Counted from the first letter of the stretch, positions 1 to 10,241 are shown. The stretch is DNA of 64,000 bases from Candidatus Bathyarchaeota archaeon (GCA_963807605.1 CAWECG010000001.1:128001-192000), one strand, 5' to 3'. Notes: generated by a model from the sequence alone, not told the origin. A program made the numbers and translations.

Positions 1-295
1 CACCTATGGCAAGCATTTTGCGTAGATTGAATAACGCAAGCCGAGTCGCCCATGCAACTTTCCGGATGTTCACCCTATCCTCAGTTCAGACAAGCCCAGA
101 AACAAGGTTTGCTCAGTACAAATTCCTTCACACTGTGCGGCAATCCGATTTCTCAGGAATTGATTACCCGCACTTTCAATAAAGATTGAGCAGCGAGACC
201 ATTAATTTCTGTGGTATCAAAGCCGGAAGAACTATAACGGTCTGGAAAAGCATATCGTCGTGTTTTGGAGGGAGATCTGACGGCGGCTGGAGACT

Positions 296-898
296 ATGAC
301 TGAAGATAAAGGCTCATGTGCGTACTTGACTTTCGTTACGAGTAATCCGAACAAGGTGACTGAAGTAAGGCAAATCTTAAGGGAATTCTCGATCGCTTTC
401 GAGCATTTGAATCTAAAATATCCTGAGATTCAGTCAAGCTCTCTGAGGAAGATTGCTTCCGTCAGTGCCAGATATCTCCATAAGAGACTGAAACGTCCCC
501 TGTTTATCGAAGACTCCGGCCTCTTCATAGATGCCTTGGGGGGGTTTCCAGGACCATACTCTTCATACGCTCAGAAGACTATCGGAAATCTTGGTATCTT
601 AAAACTCATGTCGAATATTCGACAGAGAACTGCACGGTTTGAGTCTGTAATCGCATACATCGGGACCGGTTGTGATGTCCGTCTCTTCTCGGGAATCGCT
701 GAAGGGAGCATATCTTCAGAGGCTAGGGGTGTTAGGTGGGGTTTTGATCCTATCTTCATTCCTCATGGTTCCCGCCAGACATTTAGCGAGATGGGTGCGG
801 AAGGAAAACAGAAGGTTTCTCACAGGAGAATTGCGGTTGAGAAATTTGGAATATGGACTTGGGAACGAACAGACCGCGCCGTTAACTCCTTTCGCTGA
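296..898 (+). CDS. rdgB: RdgB/HAM1 non-canonical purine NTP pyrophosphatase
   Basis: TSNPNK, EDSGLFIDALGGFPGPYS, GFDPIF and SHR motifs. Confidence 0.95.
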   Translation: MTEDKGSCAYLTFVTSNPNKVTEVRQILREFSIAFEHLNLKYPEIQSSSLRKIASVSARYLHKRLKRPLFIEDSGLFIDALGGFPGPYSSYAQKTIGNLGILKLMSNIRQRTARFESVIAYIGTGCDVRLFSGIAEGSISSEARGVRWGFDPIFIPHGSRQTFSEMGAEGKQKVSHRRIAVEKFGIWTWERTDRAVNSFR

Positions 899-1520
899 AG
901 TATCTGCCTCGATACGCTATCTCTCTGACTTTATCTAACACTTTTGAGGTGGCCTCTGCTCCAACAGTCTTCCTGTAGCCTGTCAATATCAATCTCATGG
1001 ATTCATGTGCGTGTCTGTAATGTGTACTGTTGAGAGCCCTGCTCATCAAGTGAAGGTCGACCCCTTTATCCTCCTCGCTGATCGAGTGAAAACTCAGTCC
1101 GAAGTCTATTAGGAAGACTTTCTCCTCGTTTACATAAATCATGTTGGAGGTTGTAAGATCTCCGTGTATCAGAGAAGCCTTGTGAAGTTGCCCTATCTCA
1201 CTTCCGATCCTTTGACAAAGCTGATCTCAATCCTTGCTGTTCAATCCATCTAGGATTTCCTTGACTCTGGCTCCCTCTAGATACTCCATAACTAGACTCA
1301 CATTATCTATATCGACAAGATATATGATAGGAGTGGGAACGGATGCTCTTTTGGCCTCGTGGATGTTCTCAGCTTCGCGTACGGTTCTTGAGACTCTCAG
1401 TCTGTGATCGAGGCTTGGATGTCTGTAAGACTTCGGTAACCTTATCTTGATTATGACCTCTCTACCGTACCAGCTTTCACGGTAAAGGTCTGCCTCAGCG
1501 CCCTTCTTAAAGAGCTTCAT
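882..1520 (-). CDS. bud32: KEOPS kinase Bud32, with one in-frame TGA at 1227-1229
   Basis: KGAEA and YRHPSLD N-terminus; the same frame continues past the TGA into LHKASLIHGDLTTSNMI, DFGL and RGRY. Confidence 0.9.
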
Positions 1521-2519
1521 CTACTGCCCCCTCCAGGTGACTTTGACTTGATCTAACCTCCAGCGGGGTCTCACCATGCTATCCTCAACATTTACAGTGA
1601 CGCCACTGCGAAACGCTAGGATTCCATTCCAAGCAATCTGAGCGCCAGAGTCTCCACTGAATCTTCTTTCCACCGCGCAGAATTCTATGCCGTGCTCCTT
1701 AGCAATAGACTTTAACATGGATTGGAATCTTTCATTGGCTGCAACGCCCCCAGTGAGTAGAAGTTCTTTCTTTTCAGTGTGGGCTAGGGAACGTTCACTA
1801 GCCTCTGCCATCATTGCTAGTGCAACCTCCTGAAGAGAAAAACATAGATCGGGCAATGGCACGCCTTTCTTGGACAAGCGCAATGCCGCAGACAAAAGGC
1901 CAGAGTATGCGACATCATTCCCTTTTACAGTATACGGAAGATCTATCAGCTCCTTGCCTTCTCTAGCCACTCTCTCAACCTCCGGTCCCCCGGGGGTAGC
2001 AAGACCTGTGGCCCTCGCAAACATGTCAAAGAGATTCCCAATCGTAATATCTTCAGTCTCTCCATAGATGCGCCATCTCTCAGCGGCGTAGGCTGCTATG
2101 GCTGTATGCCCGCCGGAAACAAGGATAACCAGAGGATCCATCATATGCGTCGTCAGGCAGCCGATTTCTATGTGCGCCAGAGCGTGATTAACCGGCACAA
2201 GGGGCTTCTTGAAGTAGACCGAGAGAGCTCTGGCGGTAGTCGCGCCTACTCTTAGACATGGACCTAGCCCCGGCCCGCAAGAGAACGCTATGGCATCAAG
2301 TTGCTTCGCTCTTACCCGAGCTTTCCTCAATGCCTCCAGAATGACCTTATCTGCTTTGCTGTTGTGATGTTGTGCCGCTTCACTTGGATGTATGCCCTTT
2401 CCGACAGGAGGTACGTAGACTTCCCTGATGTCGGAGAGGATCATTCCATCGCTGGAAGCGATCGCCGCTCCGAACGTATGTGCTGTAGATTCGATTCCTA
2501 GACAGAGTAACTTCTTCAT
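1521..2519 (-). CDS. kae1: KEOPS t6A transferase Kae1
   Basis: LGIESTAHT, GPGLGPCLRVGAT, VNHALAHIEIG and VSGGHT motifs; start placed at MKKLL. Confidence 0.96.
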   Translation of the reverse strand: MKKLLCLGIESTAHTFGAAIASSDGMILSDIREVYVPPVGKGIHPSEAAQHHNSKADKVILEALRKARVRAKQLDAIAFSCGPGLGPCLRVGATTARALSVYFKKPLVPVNHALAHIEIGCLTTHMMDPLVILVSGGHTAIAAYAAERWRIYGETEDITIGNLFDMFARATGLATPGGPEVERVAREGKELIDLPYTVKGNDVAYSGLLSAALRLSKKGVPLPDLCFSLQEVALAMMAEASERSLAHTEKKELLLTGGVAANERFQSMLKSIAKEHGIEFCAVERRFSGDSGAQIAWNGILAFRSGVTVNVEDSMVRPRWRLDQVKVTWRGQ

Positions 2520-2638
2520 CTGGTATCTACCAGTCACTGTCCCTTGAGTTCAATAAATCAATTGCAACATCTGCTGGAAAGGTTAAAGTAAACGGTTTCT
2601 TCAATAAGGTAGGCACTTAGATTTTGGGATGAAAAACA

Positions 2639-3874
2639 TTGAGCTCTCCGCCGGTCCAGCCTGAAATCAACATTGGCACTCTAGGGCATGTTGATAATGG
2701 TAAGAGCACTCTGGTGCAGGCATTGACAGGAGTATGGACCGCGAGGCACTCGGAGGAGCTCAGAAGAGGCATTACGATCAGGATAGGTTATGCAGATGCC
2801 TATTTCTACAAGTGCTCTTCCCACAGGGGAGCAGCGGCGTTCAGCACCAAGAAGGCATGCCCCATCTGCGGGGCAGAGACGAAGTTTCTGAGAGGCGTGA
2901 GTTTCATAGATTGTCCCGGACATCACAGCCTAATGGTGACGATGCTTTCAGGCGCCGCCTTAATGGATGGTGCACTATTTGTTGTCGCAGCGGATGCGAA
3001 GTTTCCCCAAGCTCAGGATCGGGAGCACCTGTTGGCTGCCGAGATGGCCGGAATCAAGAAGTTGATAATTGTTCAGAATAAGATAGACGTGGTTAACCGA
3101 GAACGTGCAATTAAAAATATGCAAGAGATCCAAGAATTCGTCAAGGGTAGGCCTGCAGAGAAGGCTTCCGTAATTCCTGTGTCAGCCCAGCACGGAATTA
3201 ACATCGATTTACTGATAGAGGCAATTAACCACGAGATCCCAACGCCGAAGAGAAACCCCTCAGCCACACCTCAACTATACGTTCTGAGATCGTTCGATAT
3301 CAACAAGCCAGGCACAAGAGCAGAGCAACTACACGGTGGGGTAATAGGCGGATCGATCGTTCAAGGGATCTTTCACCGTGACGACCAAATTGAGATAAGA
3401 CCCGGCTTAAGAATGGAGAGCGGCGGCAAGACTTTCTACCAACCAATATTCACTCAGATAAGAAGTCTTCATGTCAGCCAAGGTGAAGTTGAACAGTCCA
3501 GTGCGGGCGGTTTAGTTGGAGTGGGCACATCCCTCTGTCCCTCCGTGACCAAGGCGGATAGTCTAGTGGGGAGTTTAGTCGGAAAAGAAGGCGGCCTTCC
3601 AGCCGCGCTCGACAAGGTGACACTCGATGTTGAGCTGTTTGAGAGGGCTGTTGGCACAGAGGAGCTTGTGACCGTTGAAAAAATCAGGACGAATGAGCCC
3701 CTTGTTCTCAACGTTGCGACTGCTGTGACGTCGGGGGTTGTTACCTCTGCACGGGAGGACGTGATTGACGTACAGTTAAAGCGTCCAATCTGTGCAGATT
3801 CCAGCTTCAAAGCCGCCCTTAGCAGAAGAATAGGTGATAGCTGGCGGCTGATCGGTTATGGAACTTTCAAGTGA
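2639..3874 (+). CDS. eif2g: Translation initiation factor aIF2 gamma subunit
   Basis: QPEINIGTLGHVDNGKS, RGITIRIGYA, DCPGH, QNKID and WRLIGYG. Confidence 0.97.
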   Translation: MSSPPVQPEINIGTLGHVDNGKSTLVQALTGVWTARHSEELRRGITIRIGYADAYFYKCSSHRGAAAFSTKKACPICGAETKFLRGVSFIDCPGHHSLMVTMLSGAALMDGALFVVAADAKFPQAQDREHLLAAEMAGIKKLIIVQNKIDVVNRERAIKNMQEIQEFVKGRPAEKASVIPVSAQHGINIDLLIEAINHEIPTPKRNPSATPQLYVLRSFDINKPGTRAEQLHGGVIGGSIVQGIFHRDDQIEIRPGLRMESGGKTFYQPIFTQIRSLHVSQGEVEQSSAGGLVGVGTSLCPSVTKADSLVGSLVGKEGGLPAALDKVTLDVELFERAVGTEELVTVEKIRTNEPLVLNVATAVTSGVVTSAREDVIDVQLKRPICADSSFKAALSRRIGDSWRLIGYGTFK

Positions 3875-4123
3875 TTAGCCGATACGCTTTTGTCATCTTT
3901 AATCTCATTGTCAATTTGATATGGTTAAGGATGACACGGTCATAAGAAGAAGTCGTTTCATTAGCCTTTTTCTTTTGTCAGTGTTAGAGTTCGGTGAGGA
4001 ACTTCAAAGATATTTTTGGCATTTATGGTCGATTCATCTACATGCAACTTTCGTTCGAGCATCGTGTCGTGCTAGGAGCATTGGAAAGATAACGGTATTT
4101 CGCTGAGTGTTTTCTTTCTTGTG

Positions 4124-4398
4124 TCATTTCTTCTTTTTCAGTTTTAGTATTCGCAATTGATCGTCGGTCAGTGGAGGCACTCTGAAAGCGGGTTTCCCAG
4201 TTTCTCCAAGTTGGGATAAAGGCAAATTGGCCTTTTTCTCGTACTCATTAGCGTATCCATATCCTTTGTTGCTCTATGGCACTTGCGTCAATTCCGTGAG
4301 ATGTTTTCTTTAGTCGAAGGAGACCTTCTCTCTTTAGTTCCTCGATTGCCTGAGAAACGTAAGATTTGTATTCCAATGGACAGCTTTTTCCCAGGTTT
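4124..4398 (-). pseudogene. 5'-truncated, frameshifted fragment of a winged-HTH-like gene
   Basis: Hand translation NLGKSCPLEYKSYVSQAIEELKREGLLRLKKTSHG, then a shifted frame ending ILKLKKKK*; no start codon; begins at the AGCGCACGCT motif. Confidence 0.45.
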
Positions 4399-4419
4399 AG
4401 CGTGCGCTGTGAAGGTCAA

Positions 4420-5778
4420 TCAGCGGAAAGTTTCAGCTTGCGTCTGTCTCAGCTTCAATAGGAAGGATTCTTCGTTCAATTTGACATCGTCGTAGGTGAT
4501 TACCATGTCTCTAGAAATCGTTCTTTTTACTTGGATACCATCGGCGAAGCCAAGAGGCAGCAAATTCTCCTTTGTAGCAGTATCTGCTTCTTCTGCGAGC
4601 CCATAAATCGTATATCCTCCAGAGCCGTCCAGCACATCTCCCGGCTTCAGATTCCTCTTGGCTGCAGTTATAACCTCTGCGACGGGTCTAGTAGGTAGTG
4701 GTGCTCCAGTCGGTTGTTCAAATAATGCTGCTCGGATCAGCGAGATCGACGCTTCGAGACCTGCTAGATGGTGTGGTCTGAATATGAGAGCATTTTTTCC
4801 TCCCATAGAGCAACCGTAGCTCCCTAGGATTTTCATTACTTCTCTATCTTCGCTAGTAATCACAACGAAGACGCCCCACCGTAGATTATCCTCAATTCTT
4901 TGGCCGTCCTGGCTGTCCCATGGGATAACCTCGGTGACACCTTCGCTCTCAAGTATTCCCCCCTCTTTCTTTAAACTTAGTACTTTAGGAATCTCTTTTT
5001 TTGGTACTGAAGAAAAGTGCATTCCTCTAATATCCGGTTTCAAGCCTGTTGCGTTGCAGACCGCGGTCATTTCTACGGCACATTTTGTTGTGTCGATGAA
5101 GCTGTTATACATCTTCAGGTTTGGCCGCAGACGTTTAATTTCCTCCTGCGTCCAACCGAACCTTGGGAGTGCATCATCAGGCGTCAAATGTCTCCATTCC
5201 AATCTGGCGGCAGTCCCTTCACCTGCAGCTACAACTCTAAATCCTGAGGATACAGCCCAATCGTAGAGTTCAACTATTACAGCTGGCTGATCCCCGTAAG
5301 CCATACTGTAAACTACGCCTTCCTCCTTCGCCATCTTAGCTAAGAGCGGCCCAACTACAACTTCGGCTTCAACCGTAGCCATCACCACATGTTTCTTATT
5401 CTTTATAGCGTGGTAGGCGTGTCTAGCTCCTGCTTCCGCACTTCCCGTAGCTTCAAGGATAACATCGACATCGCTCTCCATCACCACTTGGCTATTGCCT
5501 GTGATTACGGGGACCCTCTTCTCGATAAAATGGTTCGCAGCATCGACGTCTTTAACTTCAGCTATCTCGTTAGGCTTATGACCAGCGGATACATACCCTT
5601 GAATCGCTCTCTCTTTCTCTATATCCGCTACCATAGAGATGTCTATACCTGGGATCTTCGCTACTTGTCTCATTACTGAAACGCCGAAAAAGCCCGCGCC
5701 AATAATCCCAGCCTTAATCGGCTTGTTGGTCTCCTCAAGTTTCCTAAGCTTGAGCCATGTAACAGTGCTCATCTTCAT
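4420..5778 (-). CDS. Homoserine-dehydrogenase-like NAD(P) oxidoreductase with C-terminal SAF domain
   Basis: GIIGAGFFG Rossmann motif, GDQPA, AKRNLKPGDVLDGSGGY, LLPLGFA. Confidence 0.88.
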   Translation of the reverse strand: MKMSTVTWLKLRKLEETNKPIKAGIIGAGFFGVSVMRQVAKIPGIDISMVADIEKERAIQGYVSAGHKPNEIAEVKDVDAANHFIEKRVPVITGNSQVVMESDVDVILEATGSAEAGARHAYHAIKNKKHVVMATVEAEVVVGPLLAKMAKEEGVVYSMAYGDQPAVIVELYDWAVSSGFRVVAAGEGTAARLEWRHLTPDDALPRFGWTQEEIKRLRPNLKMYNSFIDTTKCAVEMTAVCNATGLKPDIRGMHFSSVPKKEIPKVLSLKKEGGILESEGVTEVIPWDSQDGQRIEDNLRWGVFVVITSEDREVMKILGSYGCSMGGKNALIFRPHHLAGLEASISLIRAALFEQPTGAPLPTRPVAEVITAAKRNLKPGDVLDGSGGYTIYGLAEEADTATKENLLPLGFADGIQVKRTISRDMVITYDDVKLNEESFLLKLRQTQAETFR

Positions 5779-6600
5779 ATCGCCATCAAATAATTAGAGT
5801 CCAAGTAATCAAAGGTAAAACAATCAATAGAAGAATAAAGCTTCTCCCAATTGGGTGGAGGGCTACTGAACGAAAATTTGTTAATTTGCTCTGTGAGAAG
5901 CTTCCAGAAAATGTGCGCATTATGACTGTAGCTAGGAATCAGGATGAGGCAGCAAAATCAAATCAAGAATTGCAGAAAGCATTCAACCATCCAAACTACG
6001 AGTCGACCCTCAGAAGTATATGGTAGAAATGAAGGGTCGATTCTGACCAATGAGTCTATTGCTTCTTGGGCTTTGTGAGGTGTACTTTGAGTTTGGAATC
6101 TCTAAAAGAGACATCGATGTGTGGGGAAAGCCCCCTGATGTTGACTATTACCAAAACATCGAAGTCAAGAACAGAAGAGATCCACTCAAAGAGGCTGAAC
6201 TAGAGAACCAACAACATCAATTTACTACTAACTCCAGATGAAGCATACAAGAAGTAGAGAATACTTGAGTAAGAAGAACAAAGGTAATGCTACAAGCCTG
6301 ATAATACTAGGCATAATGATATTTGGCATAGCTTTGATGGCTAATGCTGTGGGTAACATTGTTTTTCCAAGTACTGCTAGCATGGCTGAAGCCTATAGTG
6401 GATAGTATTGAAGCGTTGATGCTTGATCTTCTATACTATAATTCACCTTTAGCCTATGGTTAGAATAGCTAGAAGAACTTATCATCATATGATTAATCCT
6501 TCAATAATGCCTATGGATGATGATTAGCGTGTCTTCAGCATCTAGGATATAGTACTTCAGTATCTCAAAGTGCCTCTATGGTATATATTTAATGATACAT

Positions 6601-6866
6601 GCAAGCATACTGAAGCCTCAAAAGTGTAGCTGGCAAGCCTTAGCATTAAGCTTGCCAAAGCTTACCGAAGCCTTCTGAAGCTTACTAGGCTTATGTGGTG
6701 TATTAGTATCCAGTTCTGGTGAATGCTAGGGAAGCATACCGATAAGCTTCGACAAGCTTGATCAAGCCTAAGCCTTTCGAAGCATTGAAGCATCTAAGTG
6801 TATCAGAATGTGTTAAAGTGTCTTTAAAGTGCTACACAATGCTCTCATAGTGCTTCTAAAGTGCTC
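6601..6866. repeat. Degenerate AAGC(C/T/A) / AAGTG repeat tract with ~10-11 bp period
   Basis: Units start at 6603, 6613, 6622, 6635, 6648, 6658, 6668, 6678, then 6732, 6744, 6754, 6764, then 6796, 6816, 6827, 6859; no ORF of 60 aa or more. Confidence 0.7.
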
Positions 6867-6917
6867 TTTGATCATGCGAGATCGTGGGATTCTACATCTT
6901 TCGAGGGTGGAGATGTG

Positions 6918-6952
6918 CTAGTACCATGTAATTTTACTAGTACCATGTAATT
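6918..6952. repeat. 16-bp direct repeat CTAGTACCATGTAATT x2 (19-bp period)
   Basis: Exact copies at 6918-6933 and 6937-6952. Confidence 0.9.
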
Positions 6953-7111
6953 GCTCAGAACCATATACGGTCTAGACAGTACTCTATTGTACAAACTACT
7001 ATTATACTTGAGTAAGTATTGTACTCGGTACTTTAGTAAAGCAGTAGTCTTTAGGCAGCAAGACCCTTTTCAAAGGTGCTCACCTAGGGACACAAAATAG
7101 TCTGCTCTAAC

Positions 7112-7157
7112 GGTTCAAATCCGAATGCTCTCACCAGCTATGGCACACACACACAAT
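7112..7157 (+). repeat. Island repeat copy A (GGTTCAAAT-N5-TGCTCTC-ACCA-GCTATGGCACACAC)
   Basis: Matches copies at 9879, 9933, 12814 and 12866; a degenerate partner lies at 7069-7097. Confidence 0.85.
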
Positions 7158-7186
7158 AATATCCGATAGCGCACGCTAAGGCTTGA

Positions 7187-7342
7187 CTATACTTTATGAT
7201 GAATCTTCTCAAGCTTCTCCATAATCTCGCCTAGCTCCTTGATGATCTTGACTAGATTCGTATTTAGCATCTCAATTTCCGAATGGATACTATCGAGACA
7301 CCTCATCAACTCATTTGAGTCCACAGATCCAAATTCCGGCAG
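7187..7342 (-). CDS. Small coiled-coil hypothetical protein, 51 aa, CTG start
   Basis: GGAGGTGA Shine-Dalgarno just upstream; MPEFGSVDSNELMRCLDSIHSEIEMLNTNLVKIIKELGEIMEKLEKIHHKV; absent from the ORF track. Confidence 0.55.
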   Translation of the reverse strand: MPEFGSVDSNELMRCLDSIHSEIEMLNTNLVKIIKELGEIMEKLEKIHHKV

Positions 7343-7432
7343 GTCTCCTCACCTCCATATTCTTTATTCTGTATTAGCATGAGTTTGGCCCTATACTGCT
7401 CCTCAGCAGCCTTGATGATCTTCTCCCCGTTG

Positions 7433-7696
7433 CTACCAGTGAAAGAGATCTTTGAAGGCAACGATAATGTTCAGAGCGGTCAGTGCTATCAGAATGAGTG
7501 TGAGTCTGTTCAACCGGTCTGTCAGTTCATTCAGTCTCTCACTTGAATCATAGATCAGGTAGGTGGACAATAATAAGTAGGGGTCGTTACCTGCCAGTTC
7601 TTCGTATGCACTCAGGTTCTCTGCCAGCTTTCTAATACGTGGCCGAAGGACACTGGCAAGCTTCCTGGTGAGCTCTTCATGCTCTTTATACATCAC
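7433..7696 (-). CDS. Hypothetical protein, coiled coil plus C-terminal TM helix
   Basis: ORF track; RLNELTDRLNRLTLILIALTALNIIVAF. Confidence 0.6.
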   Translation of the reverse strand: MMYKEHEELTRKLASVLRPRIRKLAENLSAYEELAGNDPYLLLSTYLIYDSSERLNELTDRLNRLTLILIALTALNIIVAFKDLFHW

Positions 7697-7820
7697 CTAG
7701 ACTCCTCTATCAGTGCGAGTCTGGCTCCCCAGTACTTCTCTGCAGCCTTGGCAAGTTTCTTCATGGCCGGTAGGTTCGTCAGCGCGAGCGCTTAAGGAAA
7801 TCCTCTAGCGAGTGTGGTGC

Positions 7821-8645
7821 TCATTTTGATTGGTTCCCGATGACTGTAAGTTTGCCACTTTTGCCAACACTCACCTGCAGTTCTCCTTTGAACGCTTTTA
7901 CTCTTCCGTTCTCAATGTGAACAGTATCACCGATCGAGACCAAACCTATTTGGGCGTTCCAAAATGGAAACTTGATGGACCCAGTGCCATCAGAGATTGT
8001 TGAGTTTGATACACCGAGAGGGTTACCCCCGTACCTCGAGAAGACCGTCCTCGCGATTGGTTTCTCAACGACCCGGGCTTTCAGATTGACCCATTTGACT
8101 CCCGAATTTACATCTTTGACTTTCATGTCTACAGGTATCGCCTTTTCAATTTTGTTGAGTGTCGTGTATTCGTTCCATGGAGGGCTTTCAAGGTCAATTT
8201 CCGGCAGATGCTTCAACGTTGCCCCGGTAAGGCGTAGTTGAGTGATTACCTTTTGATCTTGTGTTACGAGAAAGACACCGTCATCCTTTGTCTTTTCGCG
8301 GCATTGGATCGATATATCCTTGTACGACGATCTCTCATGCGTCCACGCATCGAAGAAGCATTCAAAAAATTTGTGCGGGTCAAGCCCGTATTTCTTCGAA
8401 ACATAGAACAAGTACAAGATGTGTGTCATATCAGGCTTAAATTGCCGTTGGCCACGGGGTCTACCCCGTCCATAGTGCAACATCTCTCTTCGTAGAACAT
8501 GTAAGCCTGTCAACAAGATCAGGTTATTGTGAGTTGCCTTGCTCTTTAACATTTGATCATCAGCTAGCGCGTGGTTACTGAGGAATCTGGATGCGACGGA
8601 TACTTTGCTAAGCCCTTCACTCTGAAGATCTTTGGTAGAGGTCAA
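7821..8645 (-). CDS. Protein with C-terminal OB fold (RPA/SSB-like); true start probably downstream
   Basis: MKVKDV..VNLKARVVEK..ISDGTGSIKFPFWN..IGDTVHIENGRVKAFKGELQVSVG. Confidence 0.8.
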   Translation of the reverse strand: MTSTKDLQSEGLSKVSVASRFLSNHALADDQMLKSKATHNNLILLTGLHVLRREMLHYGRGRPRGQRQFKPDMTHILYLFYVSKKYGLDPHKFFECFFDAWTHERSSYKDISIQCREKTKDDGVFLVTQDQKVITQLRLTGATLKHLPEIDLESPPWNEYTTLNKIEKAIPVDMKVKDVNSGVKWVNLKARVVEKPIARTVFSRYGGNPLGVSNSTISDGTGSIKFPFWNAQIGLVSIGDTVHIENGRVKAFKGELQVSVGKSGKLTVIGNQSK

Positions 8646-8701
8646 GAGGTATCTTAAGAGATACTGAGCCTCTTCTCCGTCTCCTCAACGTTGTTAAGAA
8701 G

Positions 8702-9343
8702 GTGCTGTATATGGTGACTGACGAATTCTATCGATGGAGTTGTGAAATCTCGGCAAAGGAGAAGGCAGTCGTAACTATACAGAATGTTGTCGCCACGGCA
8801 AATCTAAAACAACGCTTAGACCTAGATATCATTGCGCGATTATTTCCTGGAACTGAGTATCGACCAGAACAATTTCCAGGGCTTGTTTTCAGATTGAAGA
8901 AACCGAAGACTGCGACACTCCTTTTCAGCTCTGGAAAGATGGTTTGCACTGGCTCTAAATCGGAACGACAAGCGAGGAAGGTAGTGTCAACTATTCTGAA
9001 TGAACTCAAAAGGAATAAAATTGTTATTGTTGGCAAACCTAGCATTCAGGTACAGAACATTGTATCTTCAGGCGGACTAGGCGGCTCAATAGATCTAGAG
9101 AAGACGACTTATTCACTGACGAAGACGATGTATGAACCTGAGCAATTTCCCGGCTTGATTTACCGGATGGATGAACCGAAAGTGGTTATGCTCCTCTTCG
9201 CAAGCGGTAACTTCGTCTGCACCGGGGCGAAGAAGGAAGAAGAAGTTCACCGCGCTGTAACCACACTTCAAGAGACGCTTGAGAAGAAGGAGCTCATTGA
9301 CTATAAGCAGACAGATAAAATAGTCTACTCAAATACCACATAA
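8702..9343 (+). CDS. tbp: TATA-box-binding protein
   Basis: Two repeats of IQNVVA..YxPEQFPGL..LLFxSG..VCTG. Confidence 0.96.
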   Translation: MLYMVTDEFYRWSCEISAKEKAVVTIQNVVATANLKQRLDLDIIARLFPGTEYRPEQFPGLVFRLKKPKTATLLFSSGKMVCTGSKSERQARKVVSTILNELKRNKIVIVGKPSIQVQNIVSSGGLGGSIDLEKTTYSLTKTMYEPEQFPGLIYRMDEPKVVMLLFASGNFVCTGAKKEEEVHRAVTTLQETLEKKELIDYKQTDKIVYSNTT

Positions 9344-9360
9344 CTTCTCGAGCGTACCCG

Positions 9361-9705
9361 TCAAAGGGATTTTGAAAGAGTTATCTCGATGGTTGAGACC
9401 GACCTCGTGCCGCCTTCCTCCCTGGGCATCTCTTCTGTCCCAAGACTCACGCGTTCAACCTTGAGGTTTTTCATGAACCTACGTCTGGTTATTTCCGCGA
9501 CGTCAACTGCGGTTGATATGGCCTGACCTCTGGCTTTGAGGTTTACTTCTTTTGTCTCTCCTCTACCAATGATGGCCATCACGGACAACACATAGTCCAT
9601 GGGCGGGTTTCGTCCTATGAATACAGTGTTAGGTTCCTTAGACAAGATATCACCAAGCATTTCATGCGTGTTAACGTGCGAACACACATATAAGCACTTA
9701 ACCAC
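9361..9705 (-). CDS. alba: Chromatin protein Alba
   Basis: VFIG..PMDYV, LKARGQAISTAVDVAE, VSTIEITL; start probably near 9660. Confidence 0.94.
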   Translation of the reverse strand: MVKCLYVCSHVNTHEMLGDILSKEPNTVFIGRNPPMDYVLSVMAIIGRGETKEVNLKARGQAISTAVDVAEITRRRFMKNLKVERVSLGTEEMPREEGGTRSVSTIEITLSKSL

Positions 9706-9843
9706 TTTCAGACGGTCCCGTAATGTTCCTTAATTGTTAGCGCGCTTGTCTCAGATTTCATCCTAGAAATGTCCGCGTGGATGTCCACGCCGAAACCAGT
9801 ATCCACGTGACCGCACAAAACAGCCAGTTATCTATATCCCCCC

Positions 9844-10014
9844 TTAGCTGGTGAGCACACACACAATCAATGCCCAACGGTTCAATTTACGATGCTCTCA
9901 CCAAGGGACACACACACAAAACAAAGCCTAGCGGTTCAAATTAGGGTGCTCTCACCAGCTATGGCACACACAATTCATTCCCCTCATGTTGGGAGAAGAA
10001 TCTCGCAAACCCTC
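9844..10014 (+). repeat. Island repeat cluster: inverted partial copy, copies B (9879) and C (9933), and extension
   Basis: GGTTCAATT TACGA TGCTCTC ACCA and GGTTCAAAT TAGGG TGCTCTC ACCA, 54 bp apart. Confidence 0.85.
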
Positions 10015-10241
10015 TCTTTATCTTACGGATGACTCGCTACGCTCGCCAAAATATGAGTTCTATGACGATACTATGCACCTATGGAGAAGGCCAATATTTC
10101 CAGTAGATTCTTGGAGTCTGCCTTAGAAGTGGATAAGAAAGCTCCAAGATTCAGTCAAAAAAAGGCAAGACTGTAGAAAGGCTTTTTAAAATATGCATTG
10201 CACACCACTTTCATTGGGTTCAATAGTATCAGTGACATCCC

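Noticed and set aside
1-295. Possible gene at the window start
   Set aside because: No frame gave a recognisable protein.
1227-1229. Selenocysteine at the bud32 TGA
   Set aside because: Not a catalytic or Cys-type position, and no SECIS-like element was recognised.
2639-2720. Second BHB intron in the aIF2-gamma P-loop
   Set aside because: GHVDNGKS is uninterrupted. No other gene in the window showed a multi-nucleotide insertion on inspection.
6245-7060. Chromosomal replication origin
   Set aside because: No recognisable ORB boxes and no cdc6/orc1 gene nearby.
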